Positions 9,693-19,869 of a DNA stretch of 64,000 nt are shown here, piece by piece. The notes below the pieces were generated by a model that saw nothing but the letters and a program-made list of their open reading frames with translations, had not been told where the DNA came from and ran no database searches. This DNA is from Bdellovibrionota bacterium. Lineage in GTDB: Bacteria; Bdellovibrionota_C; UBA2361; OMIW01. The translations under genes and the position numbers were made by a program. Position 1 is the first letter of the stretch, and the number at the start of each line of letters is the position of its first letter. Where the stretch lies: positions 320 to 64,319 of the forward strand of contig JBIIHQ010000003.1 of assembly GCA_044235645.1 (NCBI GenBank), written 5' to 3'.

Positions 9693-9812
9693 TCCCTGCC
9701 GGAACGACGACCGTTTCGAACCACTTACTCAAAATAACGAAACTCATATCCCAGCCTCCAACCGTGTGATACCCTTCTCCGGTCAACAGCAACCCTTTCA
9801 GCCCATCACCTC

Positions 9813-10460
9813 ATGAAACCAGAACACTTTCGAGCTCACCCCTGGCATGGCGTCACCCCCGGCGATCGATGCCCCGAAGTTGTCACGGCCTATATCGAGA
9901 TCGTTCCGACCGACACGGTCAAGTTCGAAGTAGACAAGGCCTCTGGGATCCTTCGCATCGACCGGCCTCAGCGATATTCGAATATCTGTCCTGCTATGTA
10001 CGGCTTCATTCCTCAGACGTTGTGTGGTGATCAGGTGGCAAAATTGTGCGTGGACGCACTCGCCCGTACTGGTGCCGACGGTAGCGCTCACGCCTCGATT
10101 GTCGGTGACGCCGATCCGGTTGATATCTGTGTTCTCACCGAGCGCGTGGTGCATCATGGAGATATCCTCGTCAGCGCCCGTCCGATTGGTGGCCTCCGTC
10201 TCGTCGACAAGGGAGAGGCAGATGATAAATTAATCGCGGTGCTCGAGGGAGATCCCGCATTCGACAACTGGCGCGATATCACCGACTGTCCCGCTGCGCT
10301 TCTCAATCGGCTCTCGCACTACTTCCTTACCTATAAGCTCTCCCCCGAAACGATGGTGTCACAATGTCAAATCGTCGAAACGTTCTCCCGCGCAGAGGCG
10401 TACCGAGTGATTGAGGCGAGCATCGGCGATTATCGATCGAGTTATTGGGGAACGCGGTAA
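9813..10460 (+). CDS. ppa: Inorganic pyrophosphatase (family I)
   Basis: The N-terminal HPWHGV...EIVPTD..KFEVDKASG...DRP...YPAMYGFIPQTLCGD run is the soluble PPase signature. Confidence 0.85.
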   Translation: MKPEHFRAHPWHGVTPGDRCPEVVTAYIEIVPTDTVKFEVDKASGILRIDRPQRYSNICPAMYGFIPQTLCGDQVAKLCVDALARTGADGSAHASIVGDADPVDICVLTERVVHHGDILVSARPIGGLRLVDKGEADDKLIAVLEGDPAFDNWRDITDCPAALLNRLSHYFLTYKLSPETMVSQCQIVETFSRAEAYRVIEASIGDYRSSYWGTR

Positions 10461-10500
10461 AACGAGAAATGCCTCACGAGTAGGATATTCGGAAACGCCA

Positions 10501-11151
10501 ATGCCCTCAACCCGAATCAGCTGCATCCTCTTTGACCTCGGCAACGTTGTCGTCTCTGTCGACGCCTCCCGCATCTTCGCTACGCTGGCCGAACGATGTG
10601 GGCAAAATCCCAGCAAGATAGAACGAACCCTCCTTGGAGACAGCGCGTGGTGGCACCACTTCTCGATGACGCACTTCTCAAACGAGTCGGTAGCCGCGTG
10701 GGTGAATGAACGGCTCATGACTGAGCTCCCATCGATGGCTATTATCGATGCGTTTAATGCCGAACTCGGACCTGCCATTCACACAACGTGCGATCTCCTG
10801 CCCTCTCTCCGTCAGCAAGTGGTGCTTGGATGCTTATCCAACACCAATTCAATTCACTGGGAACAGCTCCATCAGCAGTACGACTTCATGGACCAATTCG
10901 CGTACCGATTTGCTTCTCAGGAGATGGGGGTAGCGAAACCCTCTCCGGCAATATATCAACAGGCCGCGCAAGCACTAGACATGTCTCCCAGCGAGATTCT
11001 TTTTTTCGATGATCGTGCCGAGAATATCGCTGCTGCTGCAGACCTCGGGTGGCAGGCGCGTCAATATACGACCCACGAGCAGTTGGTCGCAGATTTGGAG
11101 GATATGGGATTTATGGTGGAGGGTGATGGAACCCGCATCGGAGGTGAGTAA
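10501..11151 (+). CDS. HAD-superfamily hydrolase
   Basis: ISCILFDLGNVVV matches HAD motif I (DxG). A C-terminal FFDD run is present. The start is taken at the internal Met; the ORF itself starts at 10411. Confidence 0.65.
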   Translation: MPSTRISCILFDLGNVVVSVDASRIFATLAERCGQNPSKIERTLLGDSAWWHHFSMTHFSNESVAAWVNERLMTELPSMAIIDAFNAELGPAIHTTCDLLPSLRQQVVLGCLSNTNSIHWEQLHQQYDFMDQFAYRFASQEMGVAKPSPAIYQQAAQALDMSPSEILFFDDRAENIAAAADLGWQARQYTTHEQLVADLEDMGFMVEGDGTRIGGE

Positions 11152-12277
11152 CGATCAGTATCTATCGAGAGGAAAGGTGGACCCTCACGTGGCGCCGTCT
11201 CTGACAAACCGAATAAATGGGGAGCTCCCTCGGCTCGGTGCGGAGAGCCAGCTGCACGAAACGCTCGGGGTAACTTACCGCCGGGATTTTAACGATGGAG
11301 TGGAACTATTCGTTGCTCCCCGTTGCGTGACCCGGTGGAGTGAGTTTTCCGCCAGGGCTCCCGAGTTTTCAGTTGCGCTCGACGGGATTGTTTTCGGTCC
11401 CCCTGAATTTGACCCGTCCGGCCCACGTGTCAATTTCAACCACCACGAAGGGGTAGATCGCCTTGCAACCGGGAGTACGACAGAGCAGGTGCTTATTGCG
11501 CTCAAGATGGGTCTGATGGAGACCTTCTCGGCTGGCGAGGCCCCTCATCTTCGTATATTTGTTAATGATGCCGATCAAGATGTCTGCACCGCCGTCTGGT
11601 TGCTAAAAAACCACACTCGGGTGTCTGGTGGGCACAGCGAGTGGCGTATCAATCGACTCGTCCGGAATGTCGATCTCCTTGACCGTACGGCCGGTGCTTT
11701 CCCCATTGATCCAAAGTCAGAATTTGCTCAAGAGCTTGCCTGGATATATCGCCCATACAATGAAGCGAGGCGCAGTGGCCGTCTCTTTTCCATGAATGGT
11801 CAGGAATTGGCGGATATTATTGATGCCGTGGGGGAACGAATTAATAGGCATATCGATGGCCACGGCGAGAGGATAGAACTCGATACCGAGTTTAAGCCTC
11901 GGGGCGGAGGGAATGGGTGGACCCTTGTCGAAGAGGTTGGCTGCGACGCACGAGCGGCTGTTTATCATTCGGGAGTGAAAGCATTTATCGCATTTCGGGA
12001 ACAATCACCCGAAGACACCGCAGCCGGGGTATTTCGGTATTCAATAGGTAAAATTTCCCCCTTTATCTCGTTCCCCATTTCGGATCTGTACGATGAGCTC
12101 AACAGAGCCGAGGGAATTTCTCCTGATTCCTTGGATAGATGGGGGGGCAGCGATATCATTGGAGGCTCACCCCGCGCGAAAGGGAGCACGCTTTCACCAC
12201 CAGAAGTTGAGCGCATCATCAACACATATTTCGAATCCACAACATCTTTCCCCTCCCCCTTCGTCCGCGCTGACTGA
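11126..12277 (+). CDS. Hypothetical protein
   Basis: Long ORF with ordinary amino-acid composition in the ppa-HAD-GT2 same-strand run. No motif recognised. The start is uncertain; the ORF begins at 11009. Confidence 0.4.
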   Translation: MEPASEVSNDQYLSRGKVDPHVAPSLTNRINGELPRLGAESQLHETLGVTYRRDFNDGVELFVAPRCVTRWSEFSARAPEFSVALDGIVFGPPEFDPSGPRVNFNHHEGVDRLATGSTTEQVLIALKMGLMETFSAGEAPHLRIFVNDADQDVCTAVWLLKNHTRVSGGHSEWRINRLVRNVDLLDRTAGAFPIDPKSEFAQELAWIYRPYNEARRSGRLFSMNGQELADIIDAVGERINRHIDGHGERIELDTEFKPRGGGNGWTLVEEVGCDARAAVYHSGVKAFIAFREQSPEDTAAGVFRYSIGKISPFISFPISDLYDELNRAEGISPDSLDRWGGSDIIGGSPRAKGSTLSPPEVERIINTYFESTTSFPSPFVRAD

Positions 12278-12352
12278 CCTCACATCTGCCCTTGCCCCTC
12301 TCACAACCAAAATCTATCATCATTTCGGCTACCACGTTTGTAATCCGCTCCC

Positions 12353-13318
12353 ATGCCTCCCACCCTCCTACCCCAAGCCCGTTCTCCGATCCTCCTCGGC
12401 ATGGTGTCGACCGCCCCGTCTCTTCACTACACGGAGCTCGCGCTCTCTTCATTATTGACTTACACCTCACTTATCCCAGACGACACGGTTATCCTCATCG
12501 ACAACGACGGATCCGCCGCCGACCTCGCTATCTCTCGCGATCCCCGCATCACCCGCATCGTCCCTCACCAACCCCGCGGATTTGCCACAAACGGTAACGC
12601 CCTCATCGGTGAGGCTCTCCGCTTGAGACGCGATCTGATTTTTCTCAACAATGACCTTTTATTTTCCCCAAACTGGCTCGAAAGCCTCCTCTCATGTGGT
12701 GATGCGATCGCAATTCCTGCCACGAATCGGGAGTTTCAGTACGCACTTGCAATCGTAAAACCAGGCGAGGATCGAACGACCTCGGTGTTCACCCTCTCCC
12801 CCCGAATGACTATCGCAGATGTAGAGAATCACCTCCACGGATTTCAGGCGCTTGCGGAATTTCATACGAAGCAGAATATCCTCTTACGGGTGATGTTGGT
12901 TCTCCCCTTCTCGTGTGTTCGGATTCCTATCGCTATCGCCCAGGAGGTGGGTGGATTTGACGAATTGTTCGGCAAAGGGGGGGGCGAGGACTATGATTAT
13001 TGCCTCAGAGCAATCATGGCGGGTTTTCCCATTCTCCTTGCGGGGACCAGTCTTATCCTCCACTTCGGAGGACGCTCAACATGGGGAGTTGAGAATGCAG
13101 GGGAGATCCAGGCGCGAGAAGATTTGTTCCGGAGCCGTTTTCGCGAAAAATGGGGAGAGACATTGTACAAGATGATATTTCTTGAGCAGGATATGACGAG
13201 CACCGATCCTGAACTTGGACCTCTCTTTCATCCCGGCCACCTCGCGGAGTTGATCGTTCGTTTGCTCGCGCGAGAGAACATTCCACAACCCACGATATCC
13301 GTACCACTCGGCGGGTGA
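12353..13318 (+). CDS. Glycosyltransferase family 2-like protein
   Basis: VILIDNDGS resembles the GT2 pattern hhhDNGSxD. An acidic stretch follows later. Size is about 320 aa. Confidence 0.5.
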   Translation: MPPTLLPQARSPILLGMVSTAPSLHYTELALSSLLTYTSLIPDDTVILIDNDGSAADLAISRDPRITRIVPHQPRGFATNGNALIGEALRLRRDLIFLNNDLLFSPNWLESLLSCGDAIAIPATNREFQYALAIVKPGEDRTTSVFTLSPRMTIADVENHLHGFQALAEFHTKQNILLRVMLVLPFSCVRIPIAIAQEVGGFDELFGKGGGEDYDYCLRAIMAGFPILLAGTSLILHFGGRSTWGVENAGEIQAREDLFRSRFREKWGETLYKMIFLEQDMTSTDPELGPLFHPGHLAELIVRLLARENIPQPTISVPLGG

Positions 13319-13357
13319 CAGTGCGGGGCACCGATGCTGCTCGCACATACTTGCCTT

Positions 13358-14215
13358 TCAGCCACCCCGCGAGAGCCCCCCTCCCCTTTGATCACGCCAC
13401 GTGGCTGATGCTCGAACAAGCCCCGTAAAGCAGGCCTCCCAAGCCGGGACGATATCGGTACACAAGGTCTCTGGATGACTCTGAACGCCAAGGAGAAACC
13501 TATCGCGTTCGACCGCTTCGAGCGATTCCGGCACACCGTCAGAGGTTGACGAGGTAACCCGGAGCCCCTCACCGAGGGAGCCAATGCATTGATGATGAAG
13601 GGAGTTGGTCCGAATTCTATTAATTCCCAGCAGGTCAGAGAGAAGGGAACCCTCGACTATCTCGATATCGTGAGCCAATTCGTGCCACCCGAAATCGTTA
13701 TGATTCTCATTTTTCGGCCAATGAGTATCTCGCTGATGATCAGCGAGATCGGGTACCAGCGTCCCCCCTTGAGCGACATTGATGACATGCATCCCACGAC
13801 AGATTCCGAGCAGCGGCTTTTTATCAGCAATTGCTCGACGCGCGAGGTAAAGCTCAACGAGATCCCGCTCACCATCGTGCTGTTCCATGGCCGGATGAGG
13901 CTCTCCGCCGTAATGAACAGGAGACACATCAGCCCCGCCTGGTATGAGTATGCCATCGGCAAGTTCATAAAGGACCGATAGCGATGCCTCACAAAACATC
14001 GGGGGAACGAGAAACGGCACGGCTCCAAGACGTCGAACGACCGACACGCAGCAGCATCGAATGGAGAAAAATGGATGAGCCTTAGTGGGGGAGCCTTCGT
14101 TACAGCAGGTGACGGCGATTTTTGGGGGAGGTGGGGGCGCGAGGGGTACCGAGCCATCGGAATCAGAATCTGAGCCAGTTGGGATGATAGAGAAGGGCTC
14201 GCTCGACGTATTCAT
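13358..14215 (-). CDS. Class I glutamine amidotransferase-like / gamma-glutamyl hydrolase (peptidase C26) family protein
   Basis: LLGICRGMHVINVAQGGTL carries the GATase1 catalytic cysteine motif. An HQ pair lies downstream. Confidence 0.7.
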   Translation of the reverse strand: MNTSSEPFSIIPTGSDSDSDGSVPLAPPPPPKIAVTCCNEGSPTKAHPFFSIRCCCVSVVRRLGAVPFLVPPMFCEASLSVLYELADGILIPGGADVSPVHYGGEPHPAMEQHDGERDLVELYLARRAIADKKPLLGICRGMHVINVAQGGTLVPDLADHQRDTHWPKNENHNDFGWHELAHDIEIVEGSLLSDLLGINRIRTNSLHHQCIGSLGEGLRVTSSTSDGVPESLEAVERDRFLLGVQSHPETLCTDIVPAWEACFTGLVRASATWRDQRGGGLSRGG

Positions 14216-14282
14216 TGCAGCTTTGCCGCGGTAATCAGTCAAAATCTCTCTTTATTCTATGATTTAATACTCTTTTTCGCAA

Positions 14283-14963
14283 CTACCGTCCTACTGCTCG
14301 TAGAAACTCATCCCGGGCTGCCCCGATCTCTTTCAGCTGCCCCCGAAATGCGGAGGTGACCATTTGCCCGGACTGCACCTGAATGCCCCTCATCATCATG
14401 CACAGATGATGCCCTTCGAGGACGACCCCTACACCTCGGGGGCCGAGGATCTCATCCAGCGCGCCCGCTATCTGTTCGGTAAGCCGCTCCTGCACCTGAA
14501 GCCGACGGCTGAAAAGCCTCACCAGCCGAGGTATTTTTGAGAGCCCGATAATTTTCCCGTCGGGGATATATCCCACATGCGCATAGCCATAAAACGGGAG
14601 GAGATGATGCTCGCATAGCGAGTAAAATTCGATCCGCTTCACAAGGACTAGCTCGGCTGACGATTCGGTAAATATGGCGTCCCCGACAATATCGGAGGCA
14701 GTTTGACGATATCCCTCAGTCATCTCGAGCATTGCCCGACCGAATCTCTGCGGGGTATCACGTAACCCCTCGCGCTGACCATCTTCGCCGATAGCCGTCA
14801 ACACAACAGAGCACGCATCCCTCAACAGCTGGTGGTGATGCTCCAGCCGGCGCCGTTCAGGAGCACCCTGCTCCCGGCCTTGCTCTTTTTGCCTGCTCTG
14901 CTTTAACCCATCCACCTTTTTTCGCTCTCTCACGCTCCCCCTCCTCTTTCTCTGACCTGACAT
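14283..14963 (-). CDS. folE: GTP cyclohydrolase I
   Basis: YSLCEHHLLPFYGYAHVGYIPDGKIIGLSKIPRLVRLFSRRLQVQERLTEQIA...VLEGHHLCMMMRG matches the conserved FolE core. Confidence 0.9.
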   Translation of the reverse strand: MSGQRKRRGSVRERKKVDGLKQSRQKEQGREQGAPERRRLEHHHQLLRDACSVVLTAIGEDGQREGLRDTPQRFGRAMLEMTEGYRQTASDIVGDAIFTESSAELVLVKRIEFYSLCEHHLLPFYGYAHVGYIPDGKIIGLSKIPRLVRLFSRRLQVQERLTEQIAGALDEILGPRGVGVVLEGHHLCMMMRGIQVQSGQMVTSAFRGQLKEIGAARDEFLRAVGR

Positions 14964-15154
14964 CGAGCATACCTATTCGAGACCTCATTAATGATGCGCC
15001 GATTTGCTCTGTCAGATTCTTATTTTAACCCCACCTTCGAACATATGTTACGCTCTGAGGGCTCCCTTGCTTCACCAAACACCATTCCGACCTCCTGTTA
15101 TTTTCGCCTCCTACTGCGATTGTTTGAGAAAGCATCTTTCGGTACGATGACGTT

Positions 15155-16315
15155 ATGAGAATTCCACTTCCCTCAATTCCCCTTGGCTCAGTCGCGGGCA
15201 CCCCGACGGCACTTCATTTTTCAGTCCCCCTCCTTGTGCTTGTGGTGGCAGCAGAGGCAGATTTTACCGGTCAGCAGGCGCTGCTCTTCGGCCTCGCAGT
15301 CATTGCATCCCTCGTTATGCACCTCCTCATCCACCTCGCTCTCGGTCGTTGGGCAGAGCTTCCTGAACCCCCTCGAGGGATAGCCCTCATGCCTTTTGGC
15401 GAGGTGGGAATGGCTCGATGGCATCCCCCCGCTGCCAGTCACCAGAACGGGAATATTCCGGTACCACCACATGCGAGTTCAGTAAACTTGACGAAAGGGG
15501 TCATCGCAATCCTCGCTCCGAGTGGCATTCACCTTGCAGCCGCCGCCGCAATATGGAGCTTCGCCATCGAGCCGTACGTCGGTCCTCCGATTCCGTTTGC
15601 TCACAATCAGATGATGCACCTTTTCGTCATTCAGGCAGCGCTGGGGCTTATCAATCTTCTACCACTCGAGCCTCTTGATACGGGACGCCTCTTCCGGATC
15701 CTCTCCCGACAAAGCGCGACCACGGGAGCAATGTCATCTCTCAGCCTTATCCGCTCAGGCCAGGTGATCACTCTCGGCATCGGGTTGCTCTCTCTCTGGT
15801 TGGGACCATTTTCCCTCTTTTTCCTGTGCCTCATGATTCTCGCCGCTTCAATGCAGATTGTCATGGAGGAGACCGCGCTCCTTGCGGCGGCGGGGATGAG
15901 TGCGCGAGAGGTGATGCGCCCTGCGCAACGGGTTGACTCATTCACCCACGGCGTGACCATATCAGCCGCACTCCGAATCGCACAATCATCCTTTCAGGAC
16001 ATATTTCCAGTTATTTTGCAGGGTCGCATAATCGGTCTTGTCGATAGGCGCACTCTTCTCTCGGCAGCGGCTCATGCAGACAAACAGGAGCAGCTGGTCG
16101 CGGAGCTAGCCTCTCCACCCGCACAGATTGTCAATCTTGAGACCCCGGTCTCAGAGGTTCTCGCGGGGGGAAGCCCTGATGGAGCGGCTGTGGTGGTTTC
16201 GACGGAGAACACCTTCGAGGGGATTATCCTCCCCGAGCACCTGAGCGATGTGCTGATCGTTGGGGCAATCCGGAAGGAGGAACCGCCGGAGGACCCACCT
16301 GAAGTGCCGTATTGA
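15155..16315 (+). CDS. Polytopic membrane protein with a C-terminal CBS-domain pair (site-2-protease-like, no HExxH seen)
   Basis: The N-terminal half is hydrophobic. The C-terminal half has tandem CBS-like segments (IIGLVDRRTLL, GIILPEHLSDVLIVG). A canonical HExxH motif is not evident. Confidence 0.5.
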   Translation: MRIPLPSIPLGSVAGTPTALHFSVPLLVLVVAAEADFTGQQALLFGLAVIASLVMHLLIHLALGRWAELPEPPRGIALMPFGEVGMARWHPPAASHQNGNIPVPPHASSVNLTKGVIAILAPSGIHLAAAAAIWSFAIEPYVGPPIPFAHNQMMHLFVIQAALGLINLLPLEPLDTGRLFRILSRQSATTGAMSSLSLIRSGQVITLGIGLLSLWLGPFSLFFLCLMILAASMQIVMEETALLAAAGMSAREVMRPAQRVDSFTHGVTISAALRIAQSSFQDIFPVILQGRIIGLVDRRTLLSAAAHADKQEQLVAELASPPAQIVNLETPVSEVLAGGSPDGAAVVVSTENTFEGIILPEHLSDVLIVGAIRKEEPPEDPPEVPY

Positions 16316-17286
16316 CCAAGCAATCGTCGGCGCGGAGAGATTCAGTGAAAAGAACCCTCGTATCAAATGCGATAAGGCTCGGTGGGCTCCTGGGGCGGTT
16401 CGCCTACTATCTTCCGATTCGCGAAAAACAGGTAGCTCAGAGGCAGCTTGCCCGGTTCCTCCCAGAAGCCCCCCCCACCACGACGATCCGTCTTTTTGAC
16501 CATCTCGGGAGGTCACTTATCGAGGGGGTGCTCTGTCGTTCCGTTCTTGAGCTCGCGTCAGTCACCTGTGATGGATGGGATGCAGTCGAGCGGGCGCATG
16601 CTGAGGGGCGCGGACTCGTAACCCTCACGGGACATCTTGGAAGCTGGGATCTTCTCTCAGCCTACGCCCGTTTTCGGGGCATGCCTCTGTACGCGATAGG
16701 GCGCGAGGTCCGTGGTGTGATATCGCAACGGCTCGTTCAACGGCTTCGCGATCAGTCAGGGGTAACGATGTTGTGGCGAACAGGGCTCTCGGGAGGACGC
16801 GAGATCGCCCGCCTTCTGACCTCAGGAGCGACCATCGCTGCGTTAATCGACCAAGACACCACGGTGCGCAGTGAGTGGGTCCCTTTTCTCGGGCATCCCG
16901 CAAAAACACCCGCGACCCTCGTCGAGATCGCGCTTCGGACGCGCGCGAGCATCGTCTCCGCTTTTCTCGTCCGTACGGGCCACCTGTCGTATCGTGTGAA
17001 TATTCGTGCTATCGACGCGCGTGAATCTGTTCAGGCCATTCTGAAGGAGTACCACGCCCATCTTGAGTCATTACTCCTCAAGTATCCTGAGCAATGGGTG
17101 TGGATTCACAAGCGGTGGCGGTCCCCCGTGGGATCCGCCCCCCTTTCCTCCGCGGAGTATCTTGCGTGGTTAACGCACCCAGAGGGGGGTGGCGAGATTC
17201 AGAGCGAAGCGGTATCAGTATCTCACGAGGGTTCGGTCCCTTCCGCTGTTTCGGCCATTCGAGCCTCGCCCCGCCCAGCCGAATAG
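16312..17286 (+). CDS. Lysophospholipid / lipid A acyltransferase (LpxL/HtrB family)
   Basis: LTGHLGSWDL matches the HX4D acyltransferase motif of the LpxL family. Length is about 320 aa. Confidence 0.7.
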   Translation: MTKQSSARRDSVKRTLVSNAIRLGGLLGRFAYYLPIREKQVAQRQLARFLPEAPPTTTIRLFDHLGRSLIEGVLCRSVLELASVTCDGWDAVERAHAEGRGLVTLTGHLGSWDLLSAYARFRGMPLYAIGREVRGVISQRLVQRLRDQSGVTMLWRTGLSGGREIARLLTSGATIAALIDQDTTVRSEWVPFLGHPAKTPATLVEIALRTRASIVSAFLVRTGHLSYRVNIRAIDARESVQAILKEYHAHLESLLLKYPEQWVWIHKRWRSPVGSAPLSSAEYLAWLTHPEGGGEIQSEAVSVSHEGSVPSAVSAIRASPRPAE

Positions 17287-17333
17287 TATCGCCTGACGGA
17301 ACGCCGAAAACAGTCCCCCAAGGAAGATCTATC

Positions 17334-17840
17334 ATGACTATCACCTCACCTCGCATCGCTTCGCTCATTGTCGCCGTGGCATCGGTTTTTCTCGTCACTG
17401 GATGCCGTTTTGGGCGTGGCTCGCTCCACCTCAGCGAAGCGGAAGAGCAGCTCCGACTTAAGCAGTACGACGATGCGATAGCGAGCTATCGAGCTCATAT
17501 CGATCATCGGCTCGAGGTAGAGGATCGTCCCGCCTGGGAAAACCCCTACTTCTATCTCATGTTGATCGTTGATATCGAGGTAAACCGCGATAATATCTCC
17601 GGGGCCCGCGCAGCTCTTGCCGAAGCCGAAGCCAAGGGAGTCGATTCAACGCTCATCGCAGACCGGTGGCGTTCTCTCGCTCGGTGGTACGAACTCCACG
17701 GAGAAAACCGCGAAGCGTTCGAACTTCTTCAGGCGCATCGTCAACTTGACACACTCCTATTTGATGCCGCGCTTGATCGGCTGGCAAAACAGATTGTGAA
17801 GGAGGAAGAAACCGCCGTTTCGCGCGAAAAGTCAAATTAA
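17334..17840 (+). CDS. Lipoprotein (TPR-like, helical)
   Basis: An AAGGAAGA ribosome-binding site lies upstream of the ATG. The signal peptide has a lipobox (LVTGC). The ORF starts at 17094 and overlaps the upstream gene, so the internal Met was chosen. Confidence 0.5.
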   Translation: MTITSPRIASLIVAVASVFLVTGCRFGRGSLHLSEAEEQLRLKQYDDAIASYRAHIDHRLEVEDRPAWENPYFYLMLIVDIEVNRDNISGARAALAEAEAKGVDSTLIADRWRSLARWYELHGENREAFELLQAHRQLDTLLFDAALDRLAKQIVKEEETAVSREKSN

Positions 17841-17913
17841 AGGGTGAGGACAGGAGAGATATCACTGGAGAACGACCCATAAGTCACTACAATCACCCAC
17901 GAGGGAGGTACCG

Positions 17914-19452
17914 ATGTCATCACGCGATGAATTACTCGACAGGACAAATCAGGCACTCGCCGGGGGTGGCTCGAATCGAGTTGCGAAACAACACGAAGCT
18001 GGCAAGCTCACCGCTCGCGAGCGTATCGCTTTACTGCTCGATCCCGATTCATTTCGAGAGATCGATCAGCTCGCCACGAGCCAATCGTCGCACACCGAGC
18101 GGATCCCGGGAGATGGTGTTATTACGGGCTATGGCAGTATCGAAGGTCGTCAGGTTTTTGTGTTCGCCCAGGACTTCACCGTTTTCGGGGGTTCGCTCGC
18201 CACGATGCACGCGCGCAAGATCTGTAAAGTTATGGATCTTGCGTTGCAGAACGGCTGCCCAATTATCGGGATCAACGATTCAGGGGGGGCGCGTATTCAG
18301 GAGGGGGTCGAGAGCCTCGCGGGATACGCGGATATCTTTTTGCGAAATACCCTCGCATCGGGGGTTGTACCGCAGCTTTCGCTCATCATGGGACCGTGCG
18401 CAGGAGGCGCCGTGTACTCACCCGCAATTACTGATTTTGTCCTGATGGCAGAGCATCACAGCTACATGTTTATCACCGGGCCCGATGTCATCAAAGCGGT
18501 CACCAAGGAGGAGGTCACCAAGGAACGTCTCGGAGGTGCCCATCCTCACAGTACGTTGAGCGGTGTATCTCACCTCTCTGCTCCCCGCGATGAGGACGTT
18601 ATCGCGCTCGCGCGCGAGCTTATCTCTTTCATTCCGCAGAACAATCTCGATGGGGTCATTCGTCGGCCTACCGCTGACACTGCCGGTCGAGAATCGCCCC
18701 TTCTAACGACGATTGTTCCCGAGAATCCGAACAAACCGTACGACATGCGGGAATTGATTCGTGAGATCGCCGATGAGCACCACTTCTTCGAAACTCAACC
18801 ACTCTTTGCTAAAAATATCATCACCGGCTTTATCCGTCTCGATGGATGGCCCGTCGGTGTTGTTGCCAATCAACCCCAGGTCCTCGCGGGTTGTCTCGAT
18901 TGCGATGCAAGCGTCAAGGCCGCCCGATTCGTTCGATTCTGCGATGCATTCGCGATACCTCTCCTCACCCTCGTTGATGTTCCGGGATTCCTCCCTGGGG
19001 TTAATCAGGAACACACCGGCATCATCAGACACGGTGCGAAGTTGTTGTATGCGTACGCAGAGGCAATCGTGCCCAAGGTCACCGTCATCACCCGCAAGGC
19101 CTATGGAGGCGCATACGACGTCATGAGCTCAAAGCACCTCCGAGGCGATCTCAACCTCGCATACCCGACCGCTGAGGTTGCGGTGATGGGCCCCGAAGGA
19201 GCCGTCAATATCGTTAATAAGCGTGAGCTTGAAGATGCACGTGATGCCGGTAATCTTCCTGAAAAGCGAGCCGAGCTTGTCGCCTCGTATCGGCGGGAGT
19301 TCGCTAATCCGTGGCAGGTCGCCTCGCTCGGATTCATCGATGCTGTGATCCTTCCGGAACACACTCGTCCACGAATCATCGAGGGATTCACGATGGCTCG
19401 GAACAAGCGAATAACTAATCCCCCCAAAAGACACGGGAACATTCCCTTGTGA
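17914..19452 (+). CDS. Acyl-CoA carboxylase carboxyltransferase subunit (propionyl-CoA carboxylase beta / methylmalonyl-CoA decarboxylase alpha type)
   Basis: 512 aa with the carboxyl_trans domain pattern GGARIQEG...GPCAGGAVYSPA...KAYGGAYDVM. Confidence 0.9.
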   Translation: MSSRDELLDRTNQALAGGGSNRVAKQHEAGKLTARERIALLLDPDSFREIDQLATSQSSHTERIPGDGVITGYGSIEGRQVFVFAQDFTVFGGSLATMHARKICKVMDLALQNGCPIIGINDSGGARIQEGVESLAGYADIFLRNTLASGVVPQLSLIMGPCAGGAVYSPAITDFVLMAEHHSYMFITGPDVIKAVTKEEVTKERLGGAHPHSTLSGVSHLSAPRDEDVIALARELISFIPQNNLDGVIRRPTADTAGRESPLLTTIVPENPNKPYDMRELIREIADEHHFFETQPLFAKNIITGFIRLDGWPVGVVANQPQVLAGCLDCDASVKAARFVRFCDAFAIPLLTLVDVPGFLPGVNQEHTGIIRHGAKLLYAYAEAIVPKVTVITRKAYGGAYDVMSSKHLRGDLNLAYPTAEVAVMGPEGAVNIVNKRELEDARDAGNLPEKRAELVASYRREFANPWQVASLGFIDAVILPEHTRPRIIEGFTMARNKRITNPPKRHGNIPL

Positions 19453-19492
19453 GGGCTTTTCTCGAAAGAGGATACAATAGGGTGATTGGCCG

Positions 19493-19771
19493 ATGAAACA
19501 AAGCGTAACTCAACAGCAACGCGATCAGCTGTCATCTCGGCGATTTCGTTTCTCCATCCCCGCCTCGATATCATTCGGCGCTGGCGATATTCCGTCGGTT
19601 ATGGTCGAGTTTGAGGACGATCCTGCAGCCACCGGCCCCCCTCTCTCCGATGAAGAGGTCGCCGTCGTTGCAGCCGCCCTGATGGTCGCAACCTCGGATT
19701 CTCTTGATACAGGGAAGGTCGATCACCCGACTCCGTGGGGACTTTCGGCAGCGCTTCGAGCGCTGCGGTAG
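19493..19771 (+). CDS. Small subunit of the carboxylase/decarboxylase complex (OadG/epsilon-like)
   Basis: 92 aa. The EEVAVVAAALMV segment is typical of the small OadG / AccE-like subunits that are encoded between the carboxyltransferase and biotin carrier genes. Confidence 0.35.
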   Translation: MKQSVTQQQRDQLSSRRFRFSIPASISFGAGDIPSVMVEFEDDPAATGPPLSDEEVAVVAAALMVATSDSLDTGKVDHPTPWGLSAALRALR

Positions 19772-19869
19772 TCACGAAGTCAGGCGATCAACGGCATTGT
19801 GCGAACCTTGGGTTTTAGGGTCAGAAGTTATATCGAGCTCACGATTGTATTGGGTTCAAGCGCGACAAT

